A stretch of DNA of 57,651 nt, counting the filler, from Sphacelaria rigidula (Eukaryota), in the NCBI GenBank assembly GCA_964200075.2. It is 5 parts of 5 records of this genome, joined end to end, with 100 filler letters (N's around TTAATTAATTAA, not from the genome) between each part and the next. Parts side by side here need not be neighbours in the genome. Positions count along the whole stretch, not along the records: positions 23,103 to 34,552 come from CAXNAA020004907.1; positions 34,653 to 46,102 come from CAXNAA020004908.1; 3 more parts are not named here. The stretch is one strand, 5' to 3'. Below the pieces are notes generated by a model. The model saw nothing but the letters and a program-made list of their open reading frames with translations. It had not been told where the DNA came from and made no database searches. This document shows, piece after piece, positions 26,789 through 36,999 of this stretch. Made by a program: the position numbers and the translations under genes. Position 1 is the first letter of the stretch, and each line of letters opens with the position of its first letter.

Positions 26789-27027
26789 CAAAAAGAAAAG
26801 CCACCTGTCAAAAAAACCCTTACAAAGTACATCAACATCGCCACCAACTTCAAGGAAGCCGCGCTCGACGTATTCTTGGACACCAGCTATCTCAACGGCC
26901 GCAACGATAAGCACCCGAACGTCAAACGTTTCGACCGCAAGAGAGTGACGCTCAAGATGGCCGGCAGGCCAGAGTTTCTCAAAATGAAGGAGCACGAGCA
27001 GGAGGTCTACATCTACCGCTTGGCAAG
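26789..27027 (+). pseudogene. Exon C: recognition-helix-like segment of a ParB-type HTH
   Basis: caacag|QKEKPPVKKTLTKYINIATNFKEAALDVF...YIYRLAR. Donor AG|GTACGG. Confidence 0.7.
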
Positions 27028-27257
27028 GTACGGCTGGTTGTGCGTGCCTCTGGCTTTGTTACAGTCATGTGTTCAAACCTTCTAGCCGGCTTGATGGCAC
27101 TCATGCTTGAGCTTTTCTTGTCGATCCAACTCCTATTTTCGCAGAGCACGCCCGATGGGCGTCTGTCTAGCTGGAGCAATCGTTAGCTGTGCCTTCAAAT
27201 CCGACGTTTGTACATCTTTATTGTTGTTGGCCATAAGCTGCGCCTTCGCACTTGGAG

Positions 27258-27799
27258 GCTCGCGTATTCTTACAAGAAGATCGAAGACGCAGCGAAGGCA
27301 GCAAAGAAAGCGGAGGGGGATTCAGCCCAGGCGGAACAGCCACCTGCCAAAGACGTCACTGCCAGCAAAGCGCCTGCTAATGCTCCTGCCGAGACACCTA
27401 CGGCAACGACGGCGGCGACGCCTGCTACGACGACGGCGGCGACGCCTGCATCGGAGCCGGAGAGTTCGACAGGTGAATGAGTACCGTGCCCCCGACGTTC
27501 GTAAACAAGGCATCACGTGTAGCGGAGGATGCGCGTATATCGGCAGCATATTGTGAGTACGTTTCCGAGCAGAAGAGAACCTAACCCATACTTCACATCT
27601 GCGGGGAGCGGCACCCTCGCCCGCATGCGGTTTCTTCTGTGTTCCGTACGATTACCGATTAACAGGAAATATCCAAACGCGGCCCACCCTTACACGTTTC
27701 GATTGTGTTTCGGTGTGCAGGAAAACGGAAGAGATCCTCGACTCTAGCACCCGTCGTCCCCCCTGAGGTAGACAACACCGGGAGACAAGAACAGCTGAG
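27258..27799 (+). pseudogene. Exons D (27258-27472) and E (27721-27799): Ala/Thr/Pro-rich linker and GKRKR
   Basis: Donors G|GTGAAT and AG|GTAAGA, acceptor gtgcag, phases consistent. The exon D acceptor (GAG) is weak. Confidence 0.65.
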
Positions 27800-28017
27800 G
27801 TAAGAAGGATATCGGCTTGCACGGTGCATCGTTAAAATCGCATGCAAAATACCTGCATTATTTTCTACGAACAATGTCTTCATCGGTATGTCTTACCGTG
27901 CAATGGTGCATCACCTCGTTTTGTGTCTTGATTGAACCGTATGCACAAACCTAAACCGACCTTGCTGTATGTTTCAGCGCGCGCGTCGATGTTTTCGTAT
28001 ATTTTCTTCATGAATAG

Positions 28018-29432
28018 GGCGGCTGTAGCGGAAACGCAGGAGCTGAACGTGCTACTGGCTTCGTAGAATACCCAAGAATCCCCACTTACAGCGGAACCAG
28101 AGTCCATTAAGCTGCTGTTCTTCAACGTCGCGTCTGACCCCTCCGTTCTTGACGACACAACGGCTGCGGAAACTCGACTAGTATGAACGTTGACTGAACT
28201 TCACGGTCTGCTTCACCAGCAAGGCACCCTCGCTATTCCGCTGAAATGTACGACGGCGAAATTCCCCCACCTTCGCCGTGAGTACGAGTTCATTTTGTTC
28301 TGGTGAATGGCAACTACCCCACGACTGGCTATTCCAAACCCTGTTCACGATACGTCGCCTGGCCTCGATCTTACAATCGTACCCAATTGAGAAGCTAAAG
28401 CCTCTAGACTTACTACACAAGTGCGCCATGCGTCTTGCCAGTGAGTAAGACACCATATCTTGTCGTGGTGCAGTCGTTGGAGTAACATTCGCTAGCTTGG
28501 AGCCGCCACAGGAGGTGTTTTGCGGCACCTCGAGATCGAGAATTCAAAGTGGTGCTGTTTTACAGAGTGCGCTTGCCGCGCCGTCTCGTTGCTTCTCCTC
28601 GCTCCTCTCCCGTTCCTCTCTTCTCCTCACGTTGGTGTAGCTCACGACTTGTGCTTTCCCTCGCCTCATGGTCTCGTTGCTGGATTGGAAAACGCAGGTG
28701 TACTACAGAGTGTGGAGTTCAAAACCGAGGAGTTTCCATGTTCTACCCTCTACTTGGAAGGGCAAGGTGGACGGGTGGCTGCCGAAATCAAACAGCACTA
28801 CAGACATCAACAATCCTCTGTGCTCCTTGCGCACAAGGCCACCGACTTCACACTTCATGGACGCGCAGTACAGCAACGTCGGGAGATGCGATCGGCACTC
28901 CCCAAGCACCACGATCCGCCGCGAGAACAGAAGTTCGAGGATGTTGGGCTGGTTGTGGCATCTAAGCACCCAGTCACGAAGACGTACCTCCACCCGTCCA
29001 TGGCCGAGCACCTGATGACAAGGTATGCGTGTGTTAGATCCCTTGTTGTAGAGTATCCTCGACCTGCAGGTGTGGAGTATTCAACCCTGCCATGCGGTAG
29101 TACATCGAACTCACTTTGCTCGCCTGGTTATAATAATAGAGAGTGCCCGCCCGGCTATAACACGTTGTCGTTGCCACCGCGTGGTTATCTCCGGCAGATT
29201 CACTGAATCCGGTGATACGATCATGGTAACCGACTTCGGGGAGAACCCCCTAGCCGCTGCCATCATCGAGACAGGACGCCGTCTCTTCGCTTTGGTGTCC
29301 GCAAAGACCGACAATATCGCGAAGCAGATGGATGCTGCGTGCGCAGCCGCAGTTGAACACGGTTGGTTCTCTGAGCTTTGCCCTTCCAAGTCCGCAGTGG
29401 GTGGTGTGGTGTTGCCCTCGTTCTTCCCGTAG
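28018..29432 (+). pseudogene. Exons F-H: beta-class amino-methyltransferase-like fold
   Basis: PESIKLLFFNVAS (cf. DESIDLIFTDPPY); TLTELHGLLHQQGTLAI (cf. LKECYRVLKPGGSLYI); LRRVLQSVEF; SSVLLAHK (cf. EYILVFSK); HPSMAEHLMTRFTESGDTIMVTDFGENPLAAAIIETGRRLFAL (cf. KP..L.ERLI..ST.PGD.VLDPF.GSGTT..AA..LGR.FIG). Confidence 0.7.
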
Positions 29433-29632
29433 CATACCCATCCTCGTGCCGTTACCACGAAGTACGACGGAAATTTGGAGGAGATAGCGGAGAAAAAGGA
29501 AGAATCCGAACAGACGGCAGCGTGTGATAAAGAGCAAGCGGCAGTATAATGCAAGGACACAGCTTGCAACCCAGGGCACAAGCTTGGCAGGCAAGTGTAC
29601 AACCGTCAGGCTGTTACAACTTGTAAATACCG

Positions 29633-30003
29633 TGTAACCTGCTCAGTATCCAAATATCAGCCGAGGTTCACGCAATAGGTTCTTGACTTCTCTCTTAATT
29701 ATCTTGATTCTAACTCCGATACCCACTCAATCAATTCAACCCAGACCAGCCAATATCTCTCACCGATGGTTAGACTTCCTTTTGCTGGCTAGCAGAGGGG
29801 AGCAGTTGATGGTGCTCACGAGGGGGGGTTTGTTCGTGGCTACAGTGAACAAAGCCCGTATCATCCCTGTGATTATACAGGTTCACATTCGTACCCGACA
29901 AACTCTGAACAGACCTGTAGTCTCCGGAACAAACGCACGGCATGGCTAGAATCGACAACGGGTCTGAAGCGGCTTCAACAGACTAATATGCGTCTTCATG
30001 ACA
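29633..30003 (-). repeat. Putative 3' LTR (371 bp)
   Basis: On the minus strand it starts TGTCAT, directly after a G-rich GGGTGGGTTAT tract (30004-30014), and ends GGTTACA. No second LTR is in the contig, so the left boundary is inferred. Confidence 0.6.
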
Positions 30004-30324
30004 ATAACCCACCCAGACAACCCTTTATTACAGCTGCGAGGATTTATCCTCAAAGCAGCGAAAACTAAGGTTTTACTTCACTTGTAAAGTCATGAGCGAC
30101 TAAAGCATACCTGAAGGACCACTCCCGTACCTGGCATTCCCGTACCAACAACCCTGTACCCTACTCCCACACCTCTAAAGAAGGAAAGCATAGACTGCTT
30201 CGAGGAGCAGAAAATAAAAACTGCTCGGAAACGCGGAAGCACAAACTGCTTCGGCGTGCTAGCGATCAACGAAGAAGCACAAATTGCTTGTGCGTCGTAG
30301 CAAAAGTCAAGGGGGAAAACAGGG

Positions 30325-30405
30325 AGGTACAACAGGGAGCAGAGCTTCAACCTGGGGGAATCCCAAAGGTACAACAGGGAGCAGAGCTTCAACCTGGGGG
30401 AATCC
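30325..30405. repeat. Tandem duplication of aggtacaacagggagcagagcttcaacctgggggaatcc in the Gypsy 3' region
   Basis: Two copies seen directly. Confidence 0.9.
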
Positions 30406-30657
30406 AAGAAGTGCTAAAAACTGCAAGACCTAAAATCTGAAAATCGGTGATCCAACGAGATCGAGCGCCAGATGGAGGGGATACTATGGCTCCAGTAGTC
30501 GTAGGTAGCGGTCGTGTCAGCAGTTCTTGATCGTTGCCCGATGTTGGTCGCACCATTGTTGTATAGTAGAAGAGGGTTCTGGTGGAGAAAAGGGGGGCAC
30601 ACAACGCTTACGGGAAAAAATGGGGGTGGGTCAACAGTCGCGACAAAGAAGCGTGGT

Positions 30658-32667
30658 TTAAAGCGGGGCGTGGACGTCGTGGGTGTGGTCGATGTTGCGC
30701 TGGAGACCGCGGCGAAGTCCTTTGGACTTGAGGCGCTGGAGACACCAGGATTCGCGGGGTGCAGATGGGCTGGTGGTATAAAGTGCTGGCCGAAGCTTGA
30801 GCTGTATGGGTCCAGGGTCATCGATGAAGCGCACGATGTATGTGTCGGCCGACACCAGGTTAGCGGAGTGAGTCTGACCCAACCACCAAAGGCTGTCGCT
30901 GCCCTTGAACCAAAGGTAGCTGCCCTTGGGCAGGAGTCGCTGGTTCGCAAAGAACTTCGTCTTACAAGTCTTCGAGGGTACAAGTTCGTAACCATCGGCG
31001 ACAAAGCGTAGTCCCTGGTCGTGGTGAAGTTCGCGGGCTGCTGCGCCACGGCGCATGTTGCGATATTTCTTGTTGTGAGCAAGATACTGATGTTGAGATT
31101 GCGTCCAGTAAAGGAGGATTGTACGACGGTGCAATTGCAGGTCGGATTCGCGTTTCCAAGACGCTCTCCGAGGACCGTGCCAGTGTGTCTTATACATGAC
31201 AGCGATCTTGCCTCCTCGACCACGGGTTATCTGGTGGCCGGAAATGGAGGACACAGCCAACCGAAGGGGCTGTTCCGTCACGTCGTCGGCTGTAACGTGG
31301 TAGGGCGGGGACTTGGTCGAGTAGCTGTTGAGAACGTACTGTGTGAGTACGGCCGGCAGGTACTTGGGCACGTCGCTTGTATCATGCGGGTTCGTGCAGG
31401 GTTTGCATCTGTGCACGGAGACGCGGGGCCCGGTGTCTTTGCCCTGAAAGGCGTGAGGCAAGTCGAGATAGAGCAGTTTGTCATCAACGGGTTCTCCATC
31501 CGGTGATGATGACGATGGTCCGACTGTCAGGATCTTGCATGGTCCTGTCCAATTGAGGGACAACTTTGTCTTCAAAATTGTTTCGTTGGCTGCCTTGCTG
31601 GTGCCTTGGCGAATGGTCGACAAACTGTTGTAGATCCAAACCCGATCACCAATTTTCCAGTTAGGGCGTTTGTGCATGAGGTTGTGGAGACCAGTGTTAG
31701 ATCTCTCCAGGCGCGAGGCATTGATAGCGTGTTACTCGCGCACGAGGGTGACCGCTTTGCGTTGTCGTGTATGTGCGAGCTCGTTGTAGGATATCTGATC
31801 CTGATCCAATTCTTGGTGACCGTCGAACGTGTGTCGCTCGAACACGATGATAGGCAGCCGAGGGTAGCGTCCAAGATGAAGTTCGTTCGGGGAAAGGCCT
31901 GTGACGGCATTTACCGAGTTGTTGTAGGACAACATGATGTGCGAGAGATGTAGGTCCCAGTCAGTTTGGCGGTCATTGACAACCATAGAGAGCATCTGGG
32001 CCATGGTGTGATTAACTCTTTCGGTACCACCGTTACCGGTTGGGTGGTAGGCGCTCGTGGCAATTTTGCGGATACCCAGGAGCTTGTAAAGCTCATCCGA
32101 AAGATCTGAACAAAATTGCTGACCATTGTCTGAAAGTAGTCGCTTCGAGCAGCCGTAGTGCTTAATGTAATCATGGACCAGTATGTCGGCCGTTCCGGCG
32201 GCAGTGAAATCTGCGGCGGTTACCGCGTACATGGACGCGTGACGGCTAAAGTGGTCAGTGAAGAGTAAGATATAGGTGTTGCCGCGACTTGTGGTCGGGA
32301 GAGGGCCGAAGTAGTCAAAGGACACAAGGTGGCCGGGCTAGTCGGGGAGTCCCATAGAGATCACGGGCCAGCGTACTGTATGTCGTGAAGTTTTTCGGGC
32401 TTGGCATTTGAAGCATCGCCGAATCTGAAATCGGGTGGAAATTTCCATGCCAACCCACCAGTAGAAGCGTTCCAAGAGCGCGAGGGTGCGGGTGACATCA
32501 AGGTGGCATGACAAGTCTGTATGGCAGCCTTTTATGACCCAGGGGCGCATTAATAATGGCACATATATGCGCGTTGGTTCGTCATTGAGTAGTCGAGCGG
32601 TGCGTCCCGTAGTTGAGGCGGCAATTGCGCCTGTCAAGGGCGTGGGCCGACGTACGAGTAGTTGCAC
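30658..32667 (-). pseudogene. Gypsy integrase (HHCC zinc finger, DDE core, C-terminal chromodomain and extension), disrupted
   Basis: GCH..SCHL...RFYWW...CFKCQARK; SFDYFGPLP..LLFTDHFSR..LLSDNGQQF..HPTGNGGTERVN; WTGPCKI; VSSISGHQ..MYKTHWHG...SWKRESDL. Confidence 0.92.
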
Positions 32668-33499
32668 GCCTTAATCCGTAGTAAAAAGGGTGCCTTTACG
32701 CACAAGCTCGTATACGTCAGAAATAACTGGCGGTGGCAGTGTTCCAACCGGGGCCAGAAGTGTGGACGGGAATGGAACTGGACAGTCAAGCTGTAAGTAC
32801 CGAATGGCTGCGCGACATAGCGGTTCTGCGTTTTGTTCACGAGCCCAATCACGGTGGGGGTAGCTGGCGAGAAACTCGCGTAGTTGGCCTTCCGCTGGCG
32901 AGCCGACCAAACCTGGTAGGGCAGGCGGCGGGGGAACAGGCGACGCGGCAAAAATGCCGACGTCAATATCTGTCTCGGGAGCAGGATATGAGGCGTCAGT
33001 TCCGCGCTCGGGGGCAGGAGATGTTTGCGGCGCCAGTATGGGCGGTGGGGGTGTATCAGTGCGCGAAAAGATTTTTCGCCGCGCGTGGCGCACGGTGCTG
33101 AAGGTTCTGCGGAGCTTTGCGTGTTGATCCGTGAAACTTGTGCTGGGTGGCTCATAGAGGTTGAAGGCGTTGTTGGTGGCGGCGGGGCACTCGGTGTGGT
33201 GCGGGCGGCGGATCGGGAGCGTGTGTTGTCGGAGATAAGGTGGGTGACTGGGGGTGTCTCCGCGAAGAGTTTCGCGCGAGTACCGAAAGTGCGAAAATCT
33301 ACAAAATCTGGGGTAGTGGGCTTTAACCCACCCAAGACGGCGTCATATGGTAGAGGGCGAGGTCCTCCCATATGCATACCTGTTTCCGGGCACTAGAGGT
33401 CGAGGGCGTAAACGGACGTTGAAAAACGTCTGATCGCGTAGATTCCGGGTTCATCGGGTTCCGTTGAACGGCAAGCCGGGCTGGAATTTGTGGCCGTAG

Positions 33500-33900
33500 G
33501 AGGCAGAGGCAGGCGGGAAAGGAGATCCGCGTTCCCGTTGGTTTTGCCTGGACGGTGCTTAATGGTATATATGATGTTAGAAACTCCACCAACCATCGTT
33601 GTACACGAGGGTTGTGTTCACCAACCTTAGCGAGTTGTTCAAGTGCTCCATGATCCGTATAGATCTCGAAGGGCACGTGAAACAGATATTGTCGAAGGCG
33701 CTTAATGGCCCAAGTGATTACTCCGCCTTCCAGTTCTAGCGGGCTACAATTGGCCTCGTTGGGCAGGGTAGCACGGCTGATATAAAGGATGGATCGGACA
33801 GAGCCATCAAGCTGAGGTTGATTCAAAACTCCTCCAAGTCAATTTGTGCTGGCGTCAGTATGGAGTTGGAAAAGGCGGGAGCCATCTTGTACTGCCTCCC
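33500..33900 (-). pseudogene. Gypsy RNase H, frameshifted
   Basis: FQLHTDAS..LGGV; ILYISRATLPNEANCSPLELEGGVITWAIKRLRQYLFHVPFEIYTDHGAL; GKTNGNADLLSR. Confidence 0.9.
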
Positions 33901-34033
33901 AATCAGGTAAGTAAAGTACGGGCTTTTCGGTAAGCGTCTTGAGTAATTCGCGGGTGATAGTCTCCATTTCTGTGGTGAAAGAAAACACGGCTCCTTTCTT
34001 GAGTAGCTCAGTAAGGGGGCGAATCCGTTTCGA

Positions 34034-34552
34034 TCAATTCGGCAAACATTTGCTGTAGTAGGATAGGCCACCCAACAATGAGCGAAGTCGATAAATGTTA
34101 GCTGGCATCGGCAAGTCAGTCATCGCCTTGACTTTTTGTGTATCCGGGTGCAGGCCTGCTAGCGAAATGGAATGCCCCAAGAAATCCAAGTCAGTCGCGC
34201 CAAGGCGAGCTTTGGATGGAGACAGTTTCAAATCGTGCGTACGTGGGCAAGAGGGAAATTCTCGTAGAGTACGTCTATGTGCAATACGTGAGGCATCGAA
34301 AGCGATAGCGTCATCCAAGTACATGATGATGTGCTCGAGACCCTCGGTGACGCATTGCATTAAGCGTTGAAAGCATCCCGGGGCAGTGGCGGCGCCTTGA
34401 GGCATCCGAAGCCACTCATAGAGTCCGGACGAGGTGCAAAAAGCCGTCAGTGGGACTGTGTCAGGGTGTATAGCATTCTGGAAAAATCCAGAAGCGAGGT
34501 CGAAGGTGCTGAAAATTTTGCCTTCGCCTAAGGGGTCGAGTCATCCTACGAT
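34034..34552 (-). pseudogene. Gypsy reverse transcriptase (partial)
   Basis: KIFSTFDLASGFFQ..TAFCTSSGLYEWLRMPQGAATAPGCFQRLM..MYLDDAI..DFLGH. Confidence 0.93.
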
Positions 34553-34652
34553 NNNNNNNNNNNNNNNNNNNNNNNNNNNNNNNNNNNNNNNNNNNNTTAA
34601 TTAATTAANNNNNNNNNNNNNNNNNNNNNNNNNNNNNNNNNNNNNNNNNNNN
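34553..34652. other. Artificial contig spacer
   Basis: N44-TTAATTAATTAA-N44. It truncates the Gypsy RT. Confidence 0.98.
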
Positions 34653-34825
34653 AGAAAATCCACGTATATCCAAGCTCACTACAGTTCCGTCCTCATCTCC
34701 TGGTGGGTGTGTCAAATTGATGTAGGCGTAGGGTCGATAACGTGTTCACGTCAGCCACAGACGTGCACACGTGAGTAAGTTGATGTGTAGTAACTGAAGT
34801 GAGCTTGGATATACGTGGATTTTCT
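34653..34825. repeat. Inverted repeat at the start of contig 4 (34653-34686 versus 34792-34825)
   Basis: 34 bp with one mismatch, starting at the first base of the contig. Confidence 0.8.
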
Positions 34826-35612
34826 GAAGAACCGAATGGACGGTACTTGCAGGCTACAAGACAAGAGGGTCACTGTAGTTTCAGACAGCATCAGAATGGT
34901 GGTATTGGTTTTCCTTTTTGGATAAAAATAGATGGACATAAATAGGGGGGGCGGGGCGACCGAACCACCACAGTAGAATCCGTTCTGAAAAGAATATTTT
35001 TCCTTGAAAGGAGTGGGTAGCGTTGTCAAGAGCAACGTTGACGAGCAAGCTGGACTTCTGCACCCACCGCGCTATACATGTAGAAGGGAGGAACGCTTAC
35101 ACCACCATAACAGCCCGCGAACACGGGAACGTTACAAATTGCGGATGTCTTTTGTCCGAGGATAAGCCTTGAGCATCGGAATATTTGTTTTGAAACAAAA
35201 GCGTACATACACTTCACGGTCGTAATGTGTGGCCTCGCTCACGCTCAAAATATTCTCACCCGCAAATCGTAAACTTTCGTGTTTGTACCCAACAACTTTG
35301 ACCTCTGTTCACACACTTGCCAGGGCTCGAGGTCGAATCCGGCATCAGTCACCGCAACAAAAACGATAGGCCCGCCGGAGCAAGCGTGCCACCAAACTGA
35401 TGGAGGATCCAACATCAATTCAGTACACACACACACACTGCAGTGATGTATCTCATCGTCGTACGTACCAAAATCTCTCCATCTTCCTTAAGTACGATGC
35501 CGAGGTGTGTAACGGTATTTATACTCATAGGGCCTCGAAATGAGCTAATTTTGTACCACCAGATTCCTTGTCGGTGTAAGTTCTGTACTTGGTCAAACTG
35601 AGCTGCATTCAC

Positions 35613-35759
35613 CTCGTCACGCCCGAAGTGAAGAGTGACCCCCCCGAATAAGGCTGAAGCGTTGGATGCAATGGCGAAGCGAACGTTGTGGAAGATGAGA
35701 CGGCCACTCTCGCCGAGGCCCAGCGAGTTGAACGCAGCGGTGTCGGACACAGTGACGTT
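35613..35759 (-). CDS. Probable internal exon (49 codons) of an unidentified secreted protein
   Basis: cag|NVTVSDTAAFNSLGLGESGRLIFHNVRFAIASNASALFGGVTLHFGRDE|gtgaat, phase 0-0. Confidence 0.45.
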
Positions 35760-36738
35760 CTGGGAACACGAAAGCAACGGCAGGGTGATGACCGGCGAGG
35801 GAGAGATGGAATCACGGGTTCGGGTCCCGGCAGATAGAGACTGTGGACCTCTTTCCAACAAGAGCTGTCTGATTTTTGTCGTCAACACATGAGGACAAGG
35901 GTAGCAAATCGTTTGATTTGCACGAGAGTCCATGTGGTGCGGGAGTGCTGATCCAATCTGCGATACCAAACCAAAACAAGACGTGTGCGGGGAGGGACAC
36001 ATGTTGGTCCCTTGCGACCATGGAATCGTCCTGACGAGGGAGAGAGAGGGAATAAACGTGTGGGTCCAAAACACGCAAAATGAGGGTACTGTAACATATA
36101 TGATGCCCGTGACCGACATTCATTATACACATATAGTATCTTCGATGGGCCTGTCACACGGGAGCATCAGAGGCGTGGGTGAACGCGACGGTGAAGTCCT
36201 TGTACAGTATTACGTGCAATATGTATACTGTACGACTGCTTTTTTTACAGCTGACGGACGCGATGCGTGTCCCCGTCCATTGCGCACACACTCGTAACAT
36301 GTGTTACACCGGTGTACTCTCTCTAGCCGACCATCCAGCGCGAACGGTCACGCAGCGATGCACGAAGGACTGTCGAATCCATCACCCATCGTTCTCTGCG
36401 CATACGTACTGTATCCAGTGTTCCACGGAAAATAGACAATACGACGAGCTGGACAAGCTACACGCTCGCCGTCGTGAAGTAGCCGTAAGTATAGTCACAG
36501 CGCATGGGACAACGTCTTTAGACCAGCACTACACTACAACGAAGATCACATAGCCCGCGGCTCAGCCTGCACGAGATGATAAAGAGTACCATCAGTGAAC
36601 GGGTCTTCTTGCGATCTTGAGCACAGGAAACACCCGCCAAACAAACAGAAAAGCGAAGATTGCGACTTTTGGCCCCGCATTGTGCAAACTCTACCTTCAT
36701 CTCCTGGCACATGACCGGGGCTAGCAGGAGTACCGCAC

Positions 36739-36880
36739 CGGTGACCTCAGCAGGGAGATCGTCGCACTTCCTTAGCACCACGTCGTACCTCGCCAAAACG
36801 TCCCTCTCCTGCTGGACCGCGTCGATCGCCAGAGAAAATGCCCCACATACCAACACGCAGAGTGCCGTAAACAGCCGCAT
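36739..36880 (-). CDS. Probable first exon with signal peptide of an unidentified secreted protein
   Basis: MRLFTALCVLVCGAFSLA-IDAVQQERDVLARYDVVLRKCDDLPAE. Basic-hydrophobic-small-residue signal pattern. Candidate donors after 36746 (gtcacc) or 36739 (gtgcgg). Confidence 0.5.
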
Positions 36881-36999
36881 GCTGGTCTTGATTAGACGCC
36901 AAGTCCGATTGGAAAGGGTGTTGGCGGTACGGTGGTTGTCTGTTGATGGGTAGACGAAGCTGTACTACCGTACTACAGGCATGAGATGATGCGCAATAG

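Larger units (their letters stand above)
23140..29549 (+). pseudogene. Spliced ParB-like domain + HTH + degenerate beta-class N6A/N4C DNA methyltransferase fusion gene; 5' end missing at the contig edge; in-frame stops
   Basis: Phase-consistent model: join(<23140..23356, 24103..24254, 26789..27027, 27258..27472, 27721..27799, 28018..28277, 28698..29022, 29198..29432 or ..29549). All introns end in AG and all but intron 2 (GCAAGT) start with GT. Domain motifs occur in canonical order. Stops: TAG 28064, TGA 28184, possibly TAA 23137 and TAG 29430. Confidence 0.75.
29633..34552 (-). mobile_element. Decayed Ty3/Gypsy LTR retrotransposon (chromodomain-bearing); 5' half cut off by the contig end
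   Basis: Order RT-RNaseH-integrase-chromodomain on the minus strand. Multiple frameshifts and stops. A 3' LTR and a PPT-like tract are present. Confidence 0.93.

Noticed and set aside
22272-29549. Divergent transposase-like fragment plus ParB-MTase gene as one composite element
   Set aside because: They are on different contigs separated by an artificial spacer, so the adjacency is meaningless.
30414-33396. Long ORFs antisense or out of frame to Gypsy pol (e.g. 30514-31011, 31021-31506, 30414-31223)
   Set aside because: Shadow ORFs of GC-rich coding sequence with no recognisable motifs.
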